DNA of 63,770 nt, counting the filler, from Candidatus Babelota bacterium (GTDB taxonomy: Bacteria; JAGOBX01), in the NCBI GenBank assembly GCA_017999075.1. It is 10 parts of 10 records of this genome, joined end to end, with 100 filler letters (N's around TTAATTAATTAA, not from the genome) between each part and the next. Parts side by side here need not be neighbours in the genome. Positions count along the whole stretch, not along the records: positions 57,557 to 63,770 come from JAGOBX010000225.1; 9 more parts are not named here. The stretch is one strand, 5' to 3'. Every line of letters starts with the position of its first letter. Positions within the stretch are counted from its first letter, which is position 1. The notes under the pieces were generated by a model. The model did not search any database, had not been told where the DNA came from, and saw only the letters and a list, made by a program, of their open reading frames with translations. A program made the translations under genes and the position numbers. Shown here one piece after another: positions 63,001 through 63,770 of the stretch.

Positions 63001-63770
63001 ACTTATAAACAATGCAGTAGATACTCTTCAAACCGCCACCCCAAAACCACCGACTGATTTTATATCTGCAACATTAAAAACAGATGCTTTTTTCACCGGC
63101 ATAAAGTACAGCCCGATCATTTGGAATGAATTTTTATTTTTAGAAGTTGAAGCAGATAAAACCACAAGCAGTGATTTAATTGAAGATACTGTAATAGTAA
63201 TGATTCAAAGTACAAGCGAAGAGAATTTCGGAGATACCGGATACTTCACTTTGCTGGAAACAGGAATACATACTGGTGTTTATCGTTCTGGGCCAAGGGA
63301 TATTGAAATTTCCAATATAGATGAAGTAGGCCAGCAGTTTTATGCTTCAAGACTTGAAGTTAAATCTGGAGATTGGGTAACAATAACTGCGTTAAACCCG
63401 AATACGCTTTCATTATCTTCGACTAAAATTATGCGTGAAGCCGCATATATAATTCCTCCGAAAAGAATTAAAACAATCAGAACTTATAGAAACTCATCTT
63501 ATAATGAATCGTCGCGTGTTTCGAATGGTTTAATATCTTTTGAACCAAATTACAGGTATATGTATTTTGAAGTTGAAGCTTATGATTTAGCAGGGACTTT
63601 AACTGATACTACTCTTTATGCAAATGATGAATTGGAGGATACAGTTGAATTATTGATTACTTCAAGACTTGGGTTAAATGGTTTAGGAGGCACTGTTCCT
63701 ATAACTTTAATTGAAAAAGGGAAAATTACTTATATATATAGAAATCGTCTAGAAAACCCTTATATAGTTA
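60077..63770 (+). CDS. Giant secreted repeat protein (>1231 aa, runs off the window; absent from the ORF track)
   Basis: Hand translation from the ATG at 60077 shows no stop. Signal peptide MKFCIKSVILVIIIWLSFYTDIYSA, then about ten ~115-aa beta-rich repeats with L.ET(G/E)KN(T/S)G.(Y/F)RG. Confidence 0.92.
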   Translation, partial: MKFCIKSVILVIIIWLSFYTDIYSAPANLTRLYIKSNDITLDSTVVFVTIGDGFEIYADTDFPVWSGVPDYFYCSVTTSSNLNDTIYLKLYQEAGDTGLYKTNFEIVSIDKSNGQLKKIGVNNNSGETIYFSFNGIVYDTLIVSVSRPPLTVNTLNFYSNAAYSVIINDSGVPIETICYLEANAVDGSEYSIDSLPITVESKYDSFNINLIETGKNTGLYRGYIKVTNSTVPQNQYIKVLVSGDTVQIKESISNNTAIITYRQPSEPNTFYGIEFVIDNFSNQTKNDSLILESNAYIKLSANDPNQNILDLVRIIIKNIRTGDTITKILYEQSPGIYTGNFYLTTYTNGTIGYLGAYYGDSITVYNILDSISDTLQVAVPSGPAALNNLRFMNYSYLSELTGYIPASSQLYIEANGLDGNSLTVDTMECYVKSNLDNAGIIVVLTETEKNSGRYRGIVNTGNYSDTVSQVINSFNNGDTVGIYKTINGMTFYDEISIQNSVSPVIVNYLEFKTFVTLEVIEGEILPTDQIIVEAIAVDRNSNSIDTLNASIYSAINNDTIIFDLYETSRNSGVFRNSFELSQNYTNQTLKILKASFGDTITGYISDSTVINDVLKVTVPSPPTVINSLRFMEEFYQIEKGEYTDAYTKIYVEITATDNNPYYQDTKQAICYSTYDSITIILTETGKNNGVFRGFIELNNFTFETLNYIKAYKNGETVSVYCGNKYDTVTLFLTSSPISVISINIKESIDYLTNKTDLLTIGDNVFVEIIAVDANPLTKDTMTMRAQVTASDYIEFTAVETEKNSNRYRGFFRLTTLSNDTIDELGVNYGDTLRIIAAATNDSITANITIPMSPAFYNELIFTQADYNNAWLDINQVNFGYTVYIRMTASDFNPLTSDTFGVILYTLGQTGSDSVEYIYNLTLLETGKHTGIFQGNAVLDVVKSVAQNRCKTKQGTYIILVPGDTLAENVKNINSELINNAVDTLQTATPKPPTDFISATLKTDAFFTGIKYSPIIWNEFLFLEVEADKTTSSDLIEDTVIVMIQSTSEENFGDTGYFTLLETGIHTGVYRSGPRDIEISNIDEVGQQFYASRLEVKSGDWVTITALNPNTLSLSSTKIMREAAYIIPPKRIKTIRTYRNSSYNESSRVSNGLISFEPNYRYMYFEVEAYDLAGTLTDTTLYANDELEDTVELLITSRLGLNGLGGTVPITLIEKGKITYIYRNRLENPYIV

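Noticed and set aside
1-63770. Alternative genetic code or stop-codon recoding
   Set aside because: Conserved genes are full length under code 11 and several end in TGA. The single in-frame TAA is at a contig edge.

Overview
This is AT-rich DNA from an apparently diderm bacterium (LptD/LptE, GmhA, lipoproteins). It is not one locus. It is ten unrelated contigs of 6344 down to 6214 bp, sorted by length and joined by nine 100-nt N44-TTAATTAATTAA-N44 linkers, so gene neighbourhood only counts within a contig. Most content is housekeeping, envelope or signalling: gatB, gmhA, nnr, tRNA-Pro, serC, glyQ, xdhAB, ymdB, folD, dnaE, cls, metK, galE, lptD, tlyA, ugd, trmB, holA, comEA, two-component and c-di-GMP genes. 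There are also three very large secreted proteins, one of them (60077 to the window end) missing from the ORF track. Best leads: (1) a non-coding ~355-bp tandem array built from nested, triple 9-10-mer imperfect palindromes, with copies on both sides of a 1744-aa multi-lectin gene; (2) a DnaC/DnaI-like ATPase translationally coupled to a DciA (DUF721) gene; (3) a ~140-nt metK leader that can fold into two stems plus a pseudoknot and matches no SAM riboswitch I can recognise; (4) strong D-[S/T] motif enrichment in two giant surface proteins; (5) a sucrose-phosphate-synthase homologue lacking its catalytic motifs. All family assignments come from motif recognition by eye; no searches were run.
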